Counted from the stretch's first letter, positions 50,722 through 62,115 are shown. The stretch is 64,000 bases of DNA from Nostoc sp. DedSLP01 (GCA_034530875.2 JAVRCJ020000008.1:160001-224000); one strand, 5' to 3'. The notes: generated by a model not told the origin, from the letters alone. Translations and numbers: made by a program.

Positions 50722-53427
50722 CTACAGCAATGTATTGACTACAGAAGAAGGTGTAATTCCATTTTGGGAATCAACGATCGCACTACCAGTATTTTGTTGG
50801 TGTGTCTCTTCTTTAACTACACCACGCCCTCTAATTAATTTAATCGCCCGAGTCACGCTTTCCGGTAGAATCACCACTAAGCTGTTATCTGGCGCCATGT
50901 CTAAGCCTTTATTAATCGCTTGCGTTTCATCCAAAATGGATTCAAAGCGACAATCAGACTTGACTTGGGTAATGCCTTGAATAATCAATTGCGCACCCGA
51001 TCCCCGAGGTCTGCCTCTGGTGTCATCGTCTTCTTTGACGATGATATAGTCAAAAATTTGCGCTGCTAGTTGCCCCAAGGTCACAAAGTCTTCGTCACGG
51101 CGATCGCCAGGGCCGCCAACTACGCCAATACGCTGTCCTGTAGTCCAGTTGCGCACGAAAGCGCCCACAGCTTCGTAACTAGCCGGGTTGTGAGCATAGT
51201 CCACCAAGGCGTGATAATTGCCTAAATTAAACAAATTCATCCGTCCCGGTGTTTGACTTACGGAAGCGCGGAAGGTCTTCAAACCAGCACGAATCTGCTC
51301 GATTGTGACGTTTTGCACGAAGGCTGCCAAACTTGCTGCTAAGGCGTTGGCAATCATAAATGGTGCCCGCCCGCCCATTGTTAAAGGTATATTTTCTGCT
51401 CTTTCTATACGGTGTGTCCAATCGCCTTTGACAATGGACAGATAGCCATTTTCATATACCGCCGCTACTCCGCCCTTTTGAATGTGCTTGCGCACTAATT
51501 CCGAGTCGGGGTTCATGGTGAAGTAAGCAATATTAGCTTTAGTTTTCTCTGACATGGCAGCAACGCGGCGATCGTCGGCGTTGAGTACTGCATAGCCATC
51601 AGGGAATACGGCTTCTGCGACTACGCTCTTGAGGTTAGCTAACTGATCGATGGTATCTATATCGCCTATACCTAAGTGGTCGGCAGCTACGTTTAATATG
51701 ACGCCGACATTTGCGGCTTCAAAGCCCAGCCCAGAACGCAGAATGCCACCGCGAGCCGTTTCCAAGACTGCTACTTCCACTGTGGGGTCTTGCAGGATCA
51801 GGTGAGCGCTTTGAGGCCCTGTGTTATCGCCAGATTCTACTAAGTAATCTCCGATATAGGTTCCATCTGTAGTTGTATATCCTACTACTTTACCTGTTTG
51901 CTTATAAATATGTGCTAGGAGTCGAGTAGTAGTGGTTTTGCCATTGGTACCCGTGACGCTGAGAATCGGGATTTGGCCAGATTGTTCGTTGGGGAATAGC
52001 ATATCCATCACTGCGCCGGCGACGTTGCGCGGAATGCCAACGCTGGGGGCGACGTGCATTCTAAAGCCAGGAGCAGCGTTAACTTCGACTATTACGCCAT
52101 CAACTTCTCTTAGGGGACGGCTAATGTCTGAGGTGACGATATCTAAGCCAGCAATGTCCAAACCGATAATCTTCACTACCCTTTGCGCCAACCAGATATT
52201 TTCTGGATGGATTTCGTCGGTGCGGTCTACGGCAATGCCACCTGTACTTAAGTTAGCTGTGGCTCTTAGATAACAAATAGTACCTTTTGGGAGGACGCTA
52301 TTTAAGGTGTAGCCTTGCCTTTCTAGGAGTTGATAGCTGGTGCGATCGAGTTCGATCTTGGTCAAGACATTATCGTGCCCTTCGCCGCGATTTGGGTCTT
52401 GGTTGGTTTCTTCAATCAATTCGGCGATGGTGGATCTGCCATTACCAGTCACATGAGCTGGGACGCGTTCGGCTACTGCCACTACTTTGCCATTGACTAC
52501 CAGTACTCTGTGGTCGCGCCCAACATAATATCTTTCGACGATAATTGCGCGAGAAACTTGCCTGGCAGCTTCATAAGCAGCTTCAGCTTCTTCCCAGGTT
52601 CTAATATCAATGGTGATACCGCGCCCGTGATTGCCATCAAGGGGCTTAATAACAATGGGATAGCCGCCTACGTATTCAATGGCTTCTTCTAAATCGTCGA
52701 GGAAGTTGATGGTTGTCCCTCTGGGTACGGGCACGCCTGCGGCAGCCAGGATGCGCTTGGTGGCTTCTTTGTCGCAAGCTAGTTCTACGCCCAGAATGCT
52801 GGTGTTATCGGTCATTGTTGCCTGCATCCGCTTTTGATTGATGCCGTAGCCTAACTGAATCAAAAAGCGGGCTTCTAAAGGCATCCAGGGAATACCTCTT
52901 TTTTCTGCTTCTTTGACGATCGCCTCTGTAGAAGGCCCTAAGGAAGCATCGCGACAGAAGTCTTTCAGGTCTTGAATGTCTTGCTCTAGTTCTGCTTTCG
53001 GGTAGCGACCGCGATCGACGATACTCTGACATAGCCGCACCGCAGCTCGTCCAGCATAACGTCCGGCTTCCTCATTCTGATATTCAATTACTACTTGGTA
53101 AATTCCAGGTGTAGCAGTTTCGCGAGTCCGGCCAAAGCCGACATGCATTCCTGCTAATTCTTGGAGTTCTAGGGCTACATGTTCCACGATGTGACCCATC
53201 ATGGTGCCTTCTCTGACCCGCATCAGAAAACCGCCACGACAGCCAGGCGAACAATAGTGACCCTCCAGACTTGGCAGCGCCTCTACTAATCCTTCGTAAA
53301 AGCCAGGGATTTCATTCGAGGGCGTCTCGGCAAGGTTTTCTAAATCGAGGCGCATGACGATCAGCTTGTGGCGTCGAATGCTCCAGTAGTTTGGGCCGCG
53401 TAAGGTCTGGATCTTGAGGATTCTCAT
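50722..53427 (-). CDS. cphA: Cyanophycin synthetase
   Basis: MRILKIQTLRGPNYWS start, ATP-grasp KPLDGNHGRG, Mur-like VTGTNGKTTT and DYAHNP; 901 aa from 53427. Confidence 0.97.
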   Translation of the reverse strand: MRILKIQTLRGPNYWSIRRHKLIVMRLDLENLAETPSNEIPGFYEGLVEALPSLEGHYCSPGCRGGFLMRVREGTMMGHIVEHVALELQELAGMHVGFGRTRETATPGIYQVVIEYQNEEAGRYAGRAAVRLCQSIVDRGRYPKAELEQDIQDLKDFCRDASLGPSTEAIVKEAEKRGIPWMPLEARFLIQLGYGINQKRMQATMTDNTSILGVELACDKEATKRILAAAGVPVPRGTTINFLDDLEEAIEYVGGYPIVIKPLDGNHGRGITIDIRTWEEAEAAYEAARQVSRAIIVERYYVGRDHRVLVVNGKVVAVAERVPAHVTGNGRSTIAELIEETNQDPNRGEGHDNVLTKIELDRTSYQLLERQGYTLNSVLPKGTICYLRATANLSTGGIAVDRTDEIHPENIWLAQRVVKIIGLDIAGLDIVTSDISRPLREVDGVIVEVNAAPGFRMHVAPSVGIPRNVAGAVMDMLFPNEQSGQIPILSVTGTNGKTTTTRLLAHIYKQTGKVVGYTTTDGTYIGDYLVESGDNTGPQSAHLILQDPTVEVAVLETARGGILRSGLGFEAANVGVILNVAADHLGIGDIDTIDQLANLKSVVAEAVFPDGYAVLNADDRRVAAMSEKTKANIAYFTMNPDSELVRKHIQKGGVAAVYENGYLSIVKGDWTHRIERAENIPLTMGGRAPFMIANALAASLAAFVQNVTIEQIRAGLKTFRASVSQTPGRMNLFNLGNYHALVDYAHNPASYEAVGAFVRNWTTGQRIGVVGGPGDRRDEDFVTLGQLAAQIFDYIIVKEDDDTRGRPRGSGAQLIIQGITQVKSDCRFESILDETQAINKGLDMAPDNSLVVILPESVTRAIKLIRGRGVVKEETHQQNTGSAIVDSQNGITPSSVVNTLL

Positions 53428-53833
53428 GGGAATAGGTAGATGGAGATTCGGTACCAAAATTCTAGTTTCTTACTGGAATTAACCGCTAAACTGTTCGTGG
53501 CGAACAGTTTTTTCTTTTTACATGGTATTCTCATCACTTTTCTACAACAAGAAATAAATGAGTAATTAACCAATTGTGGATTTTAGATTGATGATAGCCA
53601 GCTTTTGCCGTATCCGCGAGGGATTTTTGAATCGAAAAATACCACAAGGGTACTTACCTCTCTTGATGATTAGATTTACGATAACGTAGCTAAACAAAGT
53701 TGGAAGAAGTGTACGCTGGAAAACGAGCATTTTTGAGGTTTATTTCGCTGACTTAGTTGCGAAGCCATCGCAAAAAGCTCTTTATCATCTAAAATCCTTC
53801 CATCCCAAATCTAAAATTTCTGGTCAACTCAGT

Positions 53834-53847
53834 GTAACCGCAGATAC
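53834..53847. promoter_or_regulatory. NtcA-type site upstream of cphA
   Basis: GTA-ACCGCAGA-TAC matches GTA-N8-TAC. Confidence 0.6.
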
Positions 53848-53856
53848 TTTACCCCG

Positions 53857-54720
53857 TCAGCTGGAAATCCGGTGTACGGCAGGCAATACAGTGCGCTGAT
53901 ACAAGTGGAAGCGATCGCCATAACTGAGGATATGCAAACGTAGGTTATGCACTGTTAGAGGTTCGTTAGCACCGACATGAGGTTCGTTGGTGTGGGTGAG
54001 CTCGGTGGGATCGACAATGGTGACACTGCCTTTACCCATAACTTGTAGCCAGCCATCACGTTCAAACACAGCACAAGTATCTTCGTCAATGCCAATACCC
54101 AAGCGGTCGGGATGAGCTGCTATAGCACTAATCAACCGTCCCATCCGATTGCGATTATGAAAGTGTTGGTCAACGATGACTTCAGGAATAAATCCCAAAC
54201 CCGTTGCCATATCCACTAGGGAACGATTTGGCGTCTCTCCACTACCGCCACCAGCAATCATGTGATGCCCCATCACTGCTGCCCCGGCGCTGGTGCCTGC
54301 TAAGGTAAGTTGTCCTGACCTCACCCGCTGCCGGATAATTTCCATCGCTGGCGTATCTGCCAATACGCCACAGAGACGCAGTTGGTCTCCTCCTGTTAAA
54401 AATACCCCACTACAGGCTTCTAAGGATGCTTTGATTTGGGAGGCTTCGCACTGTTCTCGTTCGCGGATGTCTAAAATCTCTACCTTCTGAGCACCCATTT
54501 CTTCAAAAATGCGAATATAGCGACCACCGATAATAGCGGGTTCGCGAGAGGCAGATGGAATAATTGTAATATAGCCCTTACTAGCACCTGCACGTCCAAA
54601 AAAAGTTCTTAGGATATCGCGTCCGTGAACTTTATCTTCTGCGCCTCCGATAACCAGAACGGCTGTTTTAGTTGCTTGGGGTGTCCTCATTTCCAGCGAT
54701 TTAGCTTTTAATTCCGGCAT
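53857..54720 (-). CDS. cphB: Cyanophycinase
   Basis: IGGAEDK, TGGDQLRL, GTSAGAA and DQHFHNRNRMGRL motifs; AGGAG RBS before ATG at 54720. Confidence 0.96.
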   Translation of the reverse strand: MPELKAKSLEMRTPQATKTAVLVIGGAEDKVHGRDILRTFFGRAGASKGYITIIPSASREPAIIGGRYIRIFEEMGAQKVEILDIREREQCEASQIKASLEACSGVFLTGGDQLRLCGVLADTPAMEIIRQRVRSGQLTLAGTSAGAAVMGHHMIAGGGSGETPNRSLVDMATGLGFIPEVIVDQHFHNRNRMGRLISAIAAHPDRLGIGIDEDTCAVFERDGWLQVMGKGSVTIVDPTELTHTNEPHVGANEPLTVHNLRLHILSYGDRFHLYQRTVLPAVHRISS

Positions 54721-55430
54721 TGTGTTTCTCCTGTCAACAACTTCGGGAACCGTCGCCTGAGCCGGGTTTCCCAGGCACTTTGCCCTTGCGGGGAATGCCC
54801 GACTTGAAGGAAGTGCCGTCGGCTTGTGGCGAATGGCGTGTGAATTGAACAAGATCGGGAGTCCGATGATTTCGCGCTTTGCTTCCTTGAGAGGACACTT
54901 TTTTTGAAGTTTGGATTAGCCTGGGTCACAGTTCCAAATTCTTGTTTAACGCACACGAGACCTCAGTTTAAACGTGTTTGTTGCCGTTCCTCTGCTGCTA
55001 GCGCCTTGTTTTTCACCTGTCCACTTCCAAACGGGCAAAATAGTCCTTACTTAGTAAGCTAGGGAGGACACTTCTTTCAAGGGGTTGTGCCCCTTTTTGG
55101 AGCCAGTGCGTTGGAGAGACATTGCGTTGCGGACTTCCGCAAAGTTGTTCGCCCTTATTATTCCCATAGGTTAGCAAGTGGCGTCGGTTGTACCGACTTA
55201 TTTGCCTCGTGTCTCTATTCAGAGAACAAACTGGCATCAAAATGTCAGTTTTCCCCTTTGGGATTGGGGATGAACAGGTAAGACCACGCTTTTTTCTGAG
55301 GCTGGCTCGATGCATCCTGAAAGTTGTTAACTTGATATGATTATTAATTTAAATGTAGATGTGACAACATTTAAACATAAATTAAGTAATTAGAAAAACT
55401 TTAAATCCCATCTAAAATCCAAGACTCCTG

Positions 55431-55444
55431 GTACTTTTAGATAC
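55431..55444. promoter_or_regulatory. NtcA-type site in the cphB-trmD divergent region
   Basis: GTA-CTTTTAGA-TAC matches GTA-N8-TAC. Confidence 0.6.
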
Positions 55445-55540
55445 TATTGATAAAGTTTAACTGTAGTTTGACCCAACATCAGCTTCTTGTGTTTGCTAGA
55501 CATTCATTATTTAGATTAGTGTCCTTGAATACGAATTACT

Positions 55541-56242
55541 GTGCGCTTTGATATAGTTACACTTTTTCCCGACTGTTTTGACTCTGTTCTCAGTTCTGGA
55601 TTGCTGGGTAAAGCCTTAGCCAAACAGATTGCCCAAGTGCATCTGATTAATCCACGGGACTTTACGACTGACAAGCACCGTAAAGTAGATGATGAACCCT
55701 ATGGTGGCGGCGTAGGGATGCTAATGAAGCCAGAACCAATCTTCAATGCTGTGGAGTCGCTGCCGATTCTACCTCGCAGAGAAGTCATTTTGATGAGTCC
55801 CCAGGGTCAAACAATTAATCAACCTTTGTTGCGAGAATTGGCAACAAATTATGACCAGTTAGTAGTGATTTGCGGGCATTACGAAGGAGTAGATGAGAGG
55901 GTACTGCATTTGGTGACTCGTGAAGTATCTTTAGGAGATTTTATTCTGACTGGCGGCGAAATTCCAGCAATGGCTTTAATTAATGGCGTAGTCCGCCTTT
56001 TACCAGGAACCGTAGGCAAAACCGAGTCTTTGACAGCAGAAAGTTTTGAAGAGGGTTTATTGGATTATCCCCAATATACTCGCCCAGCAAATTTTCGCGG
56101 CTTGAAAGTTCCGGAGGTACTGCTGTCTGGGAATCACGCCGCCATCGCCCGCTGGCGTTACGAACAACAAATTCAAAAAACACGCGATCGCCGTCCCGAT
56201 CTGCTGGAAAAATGGGAAGAGGCGAAGGGGAGTGGGGAGTAG
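55541..56242 (+). CDS. trmD: tRNA (guanine-37 N1)-methyltransferase
   Basis: DDEPYGGGVGM, CGHYEGVDERV, SLGDFILTGGE and YPQYTRP motifs. Confidence 0.96.
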   Translation: MRFDIVTLFPDCFDSVLSSGLLGKALAKQIAQVHLINPRDFTTDKHRKVDDEPYGGGVGMLMKPEPIFNAVESLPILPRREVILMSPQGQTINQPLLRELATNYDQLVVICGHYEGVDERVLHLVTREVSLGDFILTGGEIPAMALINGVVRLLPGTVGKTESLTAESFEEGLLDYPQYTRPANFRGLKVPEVLLSGNHAAIARWRYEQQIQKTRDRRPDLLEKWEEAKGSGE

Positions 56243-56419
56243 GGAGTGGGGAGATGGGGGGCAGAGGGAGTAGAGGGAGATGGGGAGGTAGGGGAAAAGG
56301 TTAAAGGGAAAAGGGAAAAGGAATAAATTTAATCTTTCCCCTTTCCCCCTTACCCCAATCCCAATACCCCATTCATTAGCCCCATACCCAATGACTAATG
56401 ACTAATGACTAATTAACAA

Positions 56420-56905
56420 ATGACTAAAATTCGTATTGGTAACGGCTACGATATTCATCGACTGGTGAGCGATCGCGATTTAATTTTAGGAGGAATCCAA
56501 ATTCCTCACGAATTGGGTTTGTTGGGTCATAGTGACGCTGATGCACTCACCCATGCCATTATGGATGCCATGCTTGGGGCATTATCTTTGGGGGATATTG
56601 GTCATTACTTTCCCCCCAGCGATCCCCAATGGGCAGGGGCAGATAGTTTAATACTATTAACTCAAGTACATCAACTAATTAGGGAGCAAGGCTGGCAAAT
56701 AGGAAATATTGACTCAGTAGTAGTGGCAGAACGCCCAAAATTAAAACCGCACATTCATAAAATGCGCGACAAATTAGCGACTGTTTTGGAATTAGAACCA
56801 AATCAAATTGGCATCAAAGCCACTACCAATGAAAAATTAGGCCCTGTTGGACGGGAAGAAGGTATATGCGCTTACGCTGTTGTTTTACTAGTTGCTCGAG
56901 ACTAA
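56420..56905 (+). CDS. ispF: 2-C-methyl-D-erythritol 2,4-cyclodiphosphate synthase
   Basis: [24 protein letters not shown] and KATTNEKLG motifs. Confidence 0.96.
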   Translation: MTKIRIGNGYDIHRLVSDRDLILGGIQIPHELGLLGHSDADALTHAIMDAMLGALSLGDIGHYFPPSDPQWAGADSLILLTQVHQLIREQGWQIGNIDSVVVAERPKLKPHIHKMRDKLATVLELEPNQIGIKATTNEKLGPVGREEGICAYAVVLLVARD

Positions 56906-57403
56906 CTATTTTTAAACAACAGCAAATATACTCAATAATAACTAGGATATGTATAAATCAATCATTGATAGGGTTTAGTAAAGCTTAACTTGGTGAAAAA
57001 TTTCAAGCTGTGCAAACTATAAAATCAGAAGATGTACACTTTTGGTTTCGAGGATGTTTAAAAAGTATTAGGCAAATGTAATTCATTACCACACAAAGAA
57101 ATTCAGGCTACATAAACTAATGAGAAATCAAAGGTTGTTAACCCAAGTTTGCTCTTGCTATTCTGAGATAAAAGTGGGTAAAGTTTCGTGTACATACGGC
57201 TTCAAATTGCCAAGTAAGTAATAAATTAGACTTCTCCTGCAACCTCTTACGCTCCAATGAAAATTCATTATTTTTAAGTAATAATTCTCAATAATTTGGC
57301 AGTTTGGAAGTTACAGAGCTTTTCGAATACAGCGGCATTCAATCTTTCAAAAAACCATAACTTCCTTCTTTGGCTACAGCCTCATTCAAATTAATTCCAT
57401 TAT

Positions 57404-59212
57404 TTGTCTATTGAAATTATGAATCTTTTGAAAAAAATCTTGTTAGCAATTAAATATTTTTGGTTGCCAATACTTTTGAGTTCAGCAACAGCATTTACTC
57501 TTACCGCTTGTAACCCTAGTAACTTTAAAACCGCAGCTGCTCAAGTTCCACAACTCGTCACCGCAGTTTTAAGTGAGCCTTCAACTTTTAATTATGCTTT
57601 GAATGAGTCAGCATACAGCGTTTTTGGCTTCCTATATGATTCATTAATTAATGAAAATCCTATCACTACAAATCTAGAACCTGGTTTGGCAGAATCTTGG
57701 GAAGTTTCTCCAGATGCACAAAGAGTCGTAATGACTCTGCGAGAAGGAATTAAGTGGTCAGATGGTCAGCTAATGACTGCTGATGATGTTGTGTTTACTT
57801 ATAACGAAATTTACCTGAATCCGAAAATTCCAACTTCTTTAAAAGATGCTTTAAGAGTTGGCGAAAAAGGCACTTTACCAAAAGTACAAAAAATCGACGA
57901 TCGCCGCGTTGAATTCACTATTCAAGAACCGTTTGCTCCTTTTGTCAGATATGTAGGCGGCATTCCTATTATGCCGGCCCATGCTCTAAAGGAAGCAATT
58001 CGCACAACTGAATCTGACGGAAATCCTAAGTTTATTTCTATGTGGGGAACAGGCACAGATCCCAAACAAATTGTTGGTAACGGCCCGTATATAATGGAAA
58101 GTTACGTTCCCAGTCAGCGAGTTATTTTTCGACGCAATCCATACTACTGGCGTAAAGATGCTCAAGGCAATCCTCAGCCTTATATCGATCGCATTGTTTG
58201 GCAAATTATTGAATCCACTGAAAACCAGTTGATTAGTTTTCGTTCCGAACAAATAGACGATTTAGAAATTCCCCCAGAAGGTTTTAGTTTGTTGAAGCGA
58301 GAAGAAAAACGAGCGAAGTTTAAAATTTATAATGGCGGGCCAAATACAAGTACAACTTTTATTGCTTTTAATCTTAATAAAGCTAAAAATTCTCAGGGTC
58401 AGCCTTTAGTAAACCCTATCAAATCCCGCTGGTTTAATCAAAATGAATTCAGACAAGCTATAGCTTATGCACTAGACCGGGAAACGATGAAAATCAATGC
58501 TTACCGGGGATTAGGCGAACTGCAAAATTCATTTGTTTATGTGAAAAGTCCCTACTTTCTTCCTCCAGAAAAAGGTTTGAAAGTATATAATTATGACCAA
58601 GAAAAATCGAAGAAACTTCTGTTAGCAGCTGGGTTTAAATATAATGCTCAAAATCAACTCTTAGATGCTGACGGCAACAGAGTCAGATTTACTCTGTTGA
58701 CGAATTCTGAAAGGAAAGTAAGAGGAGATATGGCCGCTCAAATCCAACGAGATTTAGCAAGAATTGGAATTCAGGTTGATTTGCAAATCCTCAGTTTCAA
58801 TTCTTATTTAGAAAAACTCAAAGTAACACAAAATTGGGATTGTTACCTTGGAGGCTTTGCTGGAGGAGGAATTGAACCCCACAGTGCTAGCAATATTTGG
58901 AGAATTAATGGTGCATCTCATGCATTTAATCAAGGCGCACAACCAGGAGATCCGCCGCTAATAGGTTGGGAAGTTTCTGATTGGGAAAAACAAATTGATA
59001 CCCTTTATATTAAAGGCGCACAAGTATTAGATGAAAACAAGCGCAAAGAAATTTATTACGAATATCAGCGCATAGCCTCAGAACAGTTACCGTTTATTCA
59101 TTTAGTAGAAGGTTTGAATTTACAAGCAGTGCGCGATCGCTTCCAAGGTATTAAGTATACTGCTCTTGGCGGGCCATTCTGGAACCTCTACGAACTGAAA
59201 GTAGTTGATTGA
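57404..59212 (+). CDS. ABC transporter substrate-binding lipoprotein (family 5, peptide/nickel type)
   Basis: LTAC lipobox; LAESWEVS, WSDGQLMTADDVVFT and RNPYYW motifs. Confidence 0.9.
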   Translation: MSIEIMNLLKKILLAIKYFWLPILLSSATAFTLTACNPSNFKTAAAQVPQLVTAVLSEPSTFNYALNESAYSVFGFLYDSLINENPITTNLEPGLAESWEVSPDAQRVVMTLREGIKWSDGQLMTADDVVFTYNEIYLNPKIPTSLKDALRVGEKGTLPKVQKIDDRRVEFTIQEPFAPFVRYVGGIPIMPAHALKEAIRTTESDGNPKFISMWGTGTDPKQIVGNGPYIMESYVPSQRVIFRRNPYYWRKDAQGNPQPYIDRIVWQIIESTENQLISFRSEQIDDLEIPPEGFSLLKREEKRAKFKIYNGGPNTSTTFIAFNLNKAKNSQGQPLVNPIKSRWFNQNEFRQAIAYALDRETMKINAYRGLGELQNSFVYVKSPYFLPPEKGLKVYNYDQEKSKKLLLAAGFKYNAQNQLLDADGNRVRFTLLTNSERKVRGDMAAQIQRDLARIGIQVDLQILSFNSYLEKLKVTQNWDCYLGGFAGGGIEPHSASNIWRINGASHAFNQGAQPGDPPLIGWEVSDWEKQIDTLYIKGAQVLDENKRKEIYYEYQRIASEQLPFIHLVEGLNLQAVRDRFQGIKYTALGGPFWNLYELKVVD

Positions 59213-59290
59213 TTTAGTCATTAGTCATTGGTCATTGGTCATTAGCTATTTGCAAAGGACTAAGGACTAAGGACTAAGGACTAAGGACAA

Positions 59291-60079
59291 ATGACCGATG
59301 AAAAAAATTTGCGATCGCTATTAGAAGCGGTTGCCAATGGTAAAGTTTCTCCAGATATGGCGTTAGATTCTCTCAAAGACCTAACCTATGAAAGTGTGGG
59401 CGAGTTTGCCAAAATCGACCACCATCGGCAGCTAAGAACTGGTTTTCCAGAAGTGATTTGGGGCCCTGGAAAAACACCGGATCAAATTGCTCAAATTATG
59501 GAGGTAATGCGCCTGCGTAACCCGGTGGTGATGGCAACTCGTATTGAAAGTGCAGTTTATAGCGCACTCCAAGCAAAAGTTAGAGGTTTGCGATATTACG
59601 AAATGGCGCGAATTTGTGCGATCGCTCCTCCTACCATCGAACCACAATTTCAGGGACAAATCGGCATTCTTTCTGCTGGTACTGCTGATTTACCTGTTGC
59701 TGAAGAAGCCGCTGTGACTGCTGAACTGTCTGGTTTTCAAGTCAAGCGCCTCTGGGATGTCGGTGTTGCAGGAATTCACCGCTTATTAAGCAATCGTCAT
59801 CTCATCGATTCAGCATCGGTGTTAATTGTTGTGGCGGGAATGGAAGGCGCTTTACCTAGCGTCGTTGCTGGTTTAGCAAATTGTCCCGTGATTGCTGTAC
59901 CCACCAGCATCGGTTATGGCGCCAGTTTTAGCGGTCTAGCACCTCTATTGACAATGCTTAATTCTTGTGCTGCGGGAGTAGGTGTAGTCAATATCGATAA
60001 CGGTTTTGGTGCAGCAGTTTTGGCAGGGCAAATTTTACGCACAGCCGAGAAATTGCGGTTGGCATCCTCTGGATCTTGA
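59291..60079 (+). CDS. larB: LarB/CpmA-family PurE-like protein
   Basis: AGTADLPVAEEA, DVGVAGIHRL, AGMEGALPSVV, PTSIGYG and VVNIDNGFGAA motifs. Confidence 0.88.
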   Translation: MTDEKNLRSLLEAVANGKVSPDMALDSLKDLTYESVGEFAKIDHHRQLRTGFPEVIWGPGKTPDQIAQIMEVMRLRNPVVMATRIESAVYSALQAKVRGLRYYEMARICAIAPPTIEPQFQGQIGILSAGTADLPVAEEAAVTAELSGFQVKRLWDVGVAGIHRLLSNRHLIDSASVLIVVAGMEGALPSVVAGLANCPVIAVPTSIGYGASFSGLAPLLTMLNSCAAGVGVVNIDNGFGAAVLAGQILRTAEKLRLASSGS

Positions 60080-60115
60080 GTTAAGACATTAAGTCATACC
60101 CAACATCTCAGTATT

Positions 60116-60223
60116 TACAGCAGAATTTAGGAGTCAGGAGTCAGAATTCTCCAATTCAGAATTTAAATAGGCTCTTTGTCTAGCTTTCAAGTCTAGGCTT
60201 CACTTTCCTTGAAATCTGCTGTA
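60116..60223. mobile_element. MITE-like element
   Basis: Terminal inverted repeats TACAGCAGAATTT and AAATCTGCTGTA; same family as 63563-63716. Confidence 0.55.
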
Positions 60224-60290
60224 TCAGTAATTTTTTCCTAAATAAACTGATACTGAAATTTGGCATCTTCAATCTATATAATCACCAAAC

Positions 60291-60497
60291 ATGAGCTACT
60301 ACAGCGACTTAATATCTCAGTTATTTTGGCATTTGTCTGTAAATTTGGCGACAGCAGTACCAGCAATTAGTGACCCAGATCTGATGGGTCAAATTCAAAA
60401 ATCCTGGAACCATTTTATACAAACAGGTCAAGTCTGGGCATTGTTGATTGGTTTAGTCATTGGTTATATGATTCGGAATCTAACTATCTTTGGTTAA
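60291..60497 (+). CDS. Small membrane protein
   Basis: WNHFIQTGQVWALLIGLVIGY hydrophobic C-terminus. Confidence 0.7.
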   Translation: MSYYSDLISQLFWHLSVNLATAVPAISDPDLMGQIQKSWNHFIQTGQVWALLIGLVIGYMIRNLTIFG

Positions 60498-60720
60498 AAC
60501 TAGTCGGGAGTGGGAAGTAGGGAATGGGGAATGGGGCATAAGAGGTGTGGGAGGTGTGGGAGGATGGGGAAAGCAGGAAGGTGTGGGAGGTGTGGGAGGT
60601 GTGGGAAGATGGGGAAGAAATCTTTCCTCCCACACTCCCCACACTTCCCCATCTTCTCATCTCCCCACACTTCCCATCTCCCTACTCCCTATTCCCCACT
60701 CCCCATTCCCCTCATAATCT

Positions 60721-62115
60721 ATGACTAAAGAACAAACTTGGAGTCAGCGGTTTGAATCAGCATTACATCCAGCGATCGCTCGTTTTAATGCCAGTATAAA
60801 TTTTGATATTGAATTAATCGAATATGACTTGACTGGTTCTCAAGCTCATGCAAAAATGCTTGCTCGCGCCGGCATCATTTCAACAGACGAAGGCGAAAAA
60901 TTAGTTGCAGGTTTAGAACAAATTCGCCAAGAGTATCGCCAAGGAAAATTTCAGCCTGGTGTCGATGCTGAAGATGTGCATTTTGCAGTTGAACGACGAC
61001 TAACCGAAATTATCGGCGATGTGGGTAAAAAACTGCATACAGCGCGATCGCGTAACGACCAAGTTGGTACTGATACTAGACTTTATCTCCGCGACCAAAT
61101 CCAACAAATTAAAAACCAATTGCGCGAATTTCAAAATATTCTGCTAAATATAGCCGAAAAACACGTTGAAACTTTAATTCCTGGCTATACACACCTGCAA
61201 CGCGCCCAACCCTTGAGTTTAGCTCATCATCTGCTGGCATACTTTCAAATGGCGCAACGCGACTGGGAACGCCTCAGTGATGTTTATCGCCGCGTGAATA
61301 TTTCACCTTTGGGGTGCGGTGCTTTAGCCGGAACCACTTTCCCCATTGACCGCCACTACACAGCTAAACTATTGAATTTTGACAATATTTATGCTAATAG
61401 CCTCGATGGAGTGAGCGATCGCGATTTTGCGATCGAATTCTTGGGTGCTGCTAGCTTAATTATGGTTCACCTCAGTCGGCTTGCAGAGGAAGTCATTATT
61501 TGGTCATCTGAAGAATTTCGCTTTGTCACCCTCAAAGATAGCTGTGCCACTGGTTCCAGTATCATGCCCCAAAAGAAAAATCCCGATGTCCCAGAATTAG
61601 TACGGGGAAAAACAGGGCGTGTATTCGGCCATCTCCAGGCAATGCTGGTGATTATGAAAGGGTTGCCCCTAGCATATAACAAAGACCTGCAAGAAGATAA
61701 AGAAGGTTTATTTGATAGCGTCAACACAGTCAAAGCCTCTTTGGAAGCAATGACAATTTTGCTCGGCGAAGGCTTAGAATTTCGTACCCAGCGCTTGGCC
61801 CAAGCAGTCACAGAAGACTTTTCCAATGCTACCGATGTCGCAGATTATCTAGCAGCAAGGGGCGTTCCTTTCCGAGAAGCTTACAATCTCGTTGGTAAAG
61901 TCGTAAAAACGAGTATTGCCGCAGGTAAACTCCTGAAAGATTTGACATTGGACGAATGGCAACAATTACATCCAGCATTCGCCGCAGATATTTATGAAGC
62001 CATATCTCCCCGTCAAGTCGTCGCTGCCCGCAACAGTTACGGTGGTACCGGCTTTGCACAGGTACGCGAAGCACTCATCGCCGCCCGCGCTCAAGTTGGG
62101 GAAGAGAGGGAGTAG
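60721..62115 (+). CDS. argH: Argininosuccinate lyase
   Basis: [33 protein letters not shown] and YNKDLQEDK motifs. Confidence 0.98.
   Translation: MTKEQTWSQRFESALHPAIARFNASINFDIELIEYDLTGSQAHAKMLARAGIISTDEGEKLVAGLEQIRQEYRQGKFQPGVDAEDVHFAVERRLTEIIGDVGKKLHTARSRNDQVGTDTRLYLRDQIQQIKNQLREFQNILLNIAEKHVETLIPGYTHLQRAQPLSLAHHLLAYFQMAQRDWERLSDVYRRVNISPLGCGALAGTTFPIDRHYTAKLLNFDNIYANSLDGVSDRDFAIEFLGAASLIMVHLSRLAEEVIIWSSEEFRFVTLKDSCATGSSIMPQKKNPDVPELVRGKTGRVFGHLQAMLVIMKGLPLAYNKDLQEDKEGLFDSVNTVKASLEAMTILLGEGLEFRTQRLAQAVTEDFSNATDVADYLAARGVPFREAYNLVGKVVKTSIAAGKLLKDLTLDEWQQLHPAFAADIYEAISPRQVVAARNSYGGTGFAQVREALIAARAQVGEERE

Noticed and set aside
54721..54852. N-terminal extension of cphB given in the ORF track
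   Set aside because: It runs through GC-rich repeat sequence, and a good RBS precedes the ATG at 54720
50722..62115. cphBA, argH and carB as a novel arginine/cyanophycin cluster
   Set aside because: Well-known core genes, separated by unrelated housekeeping genes and not co-oriented
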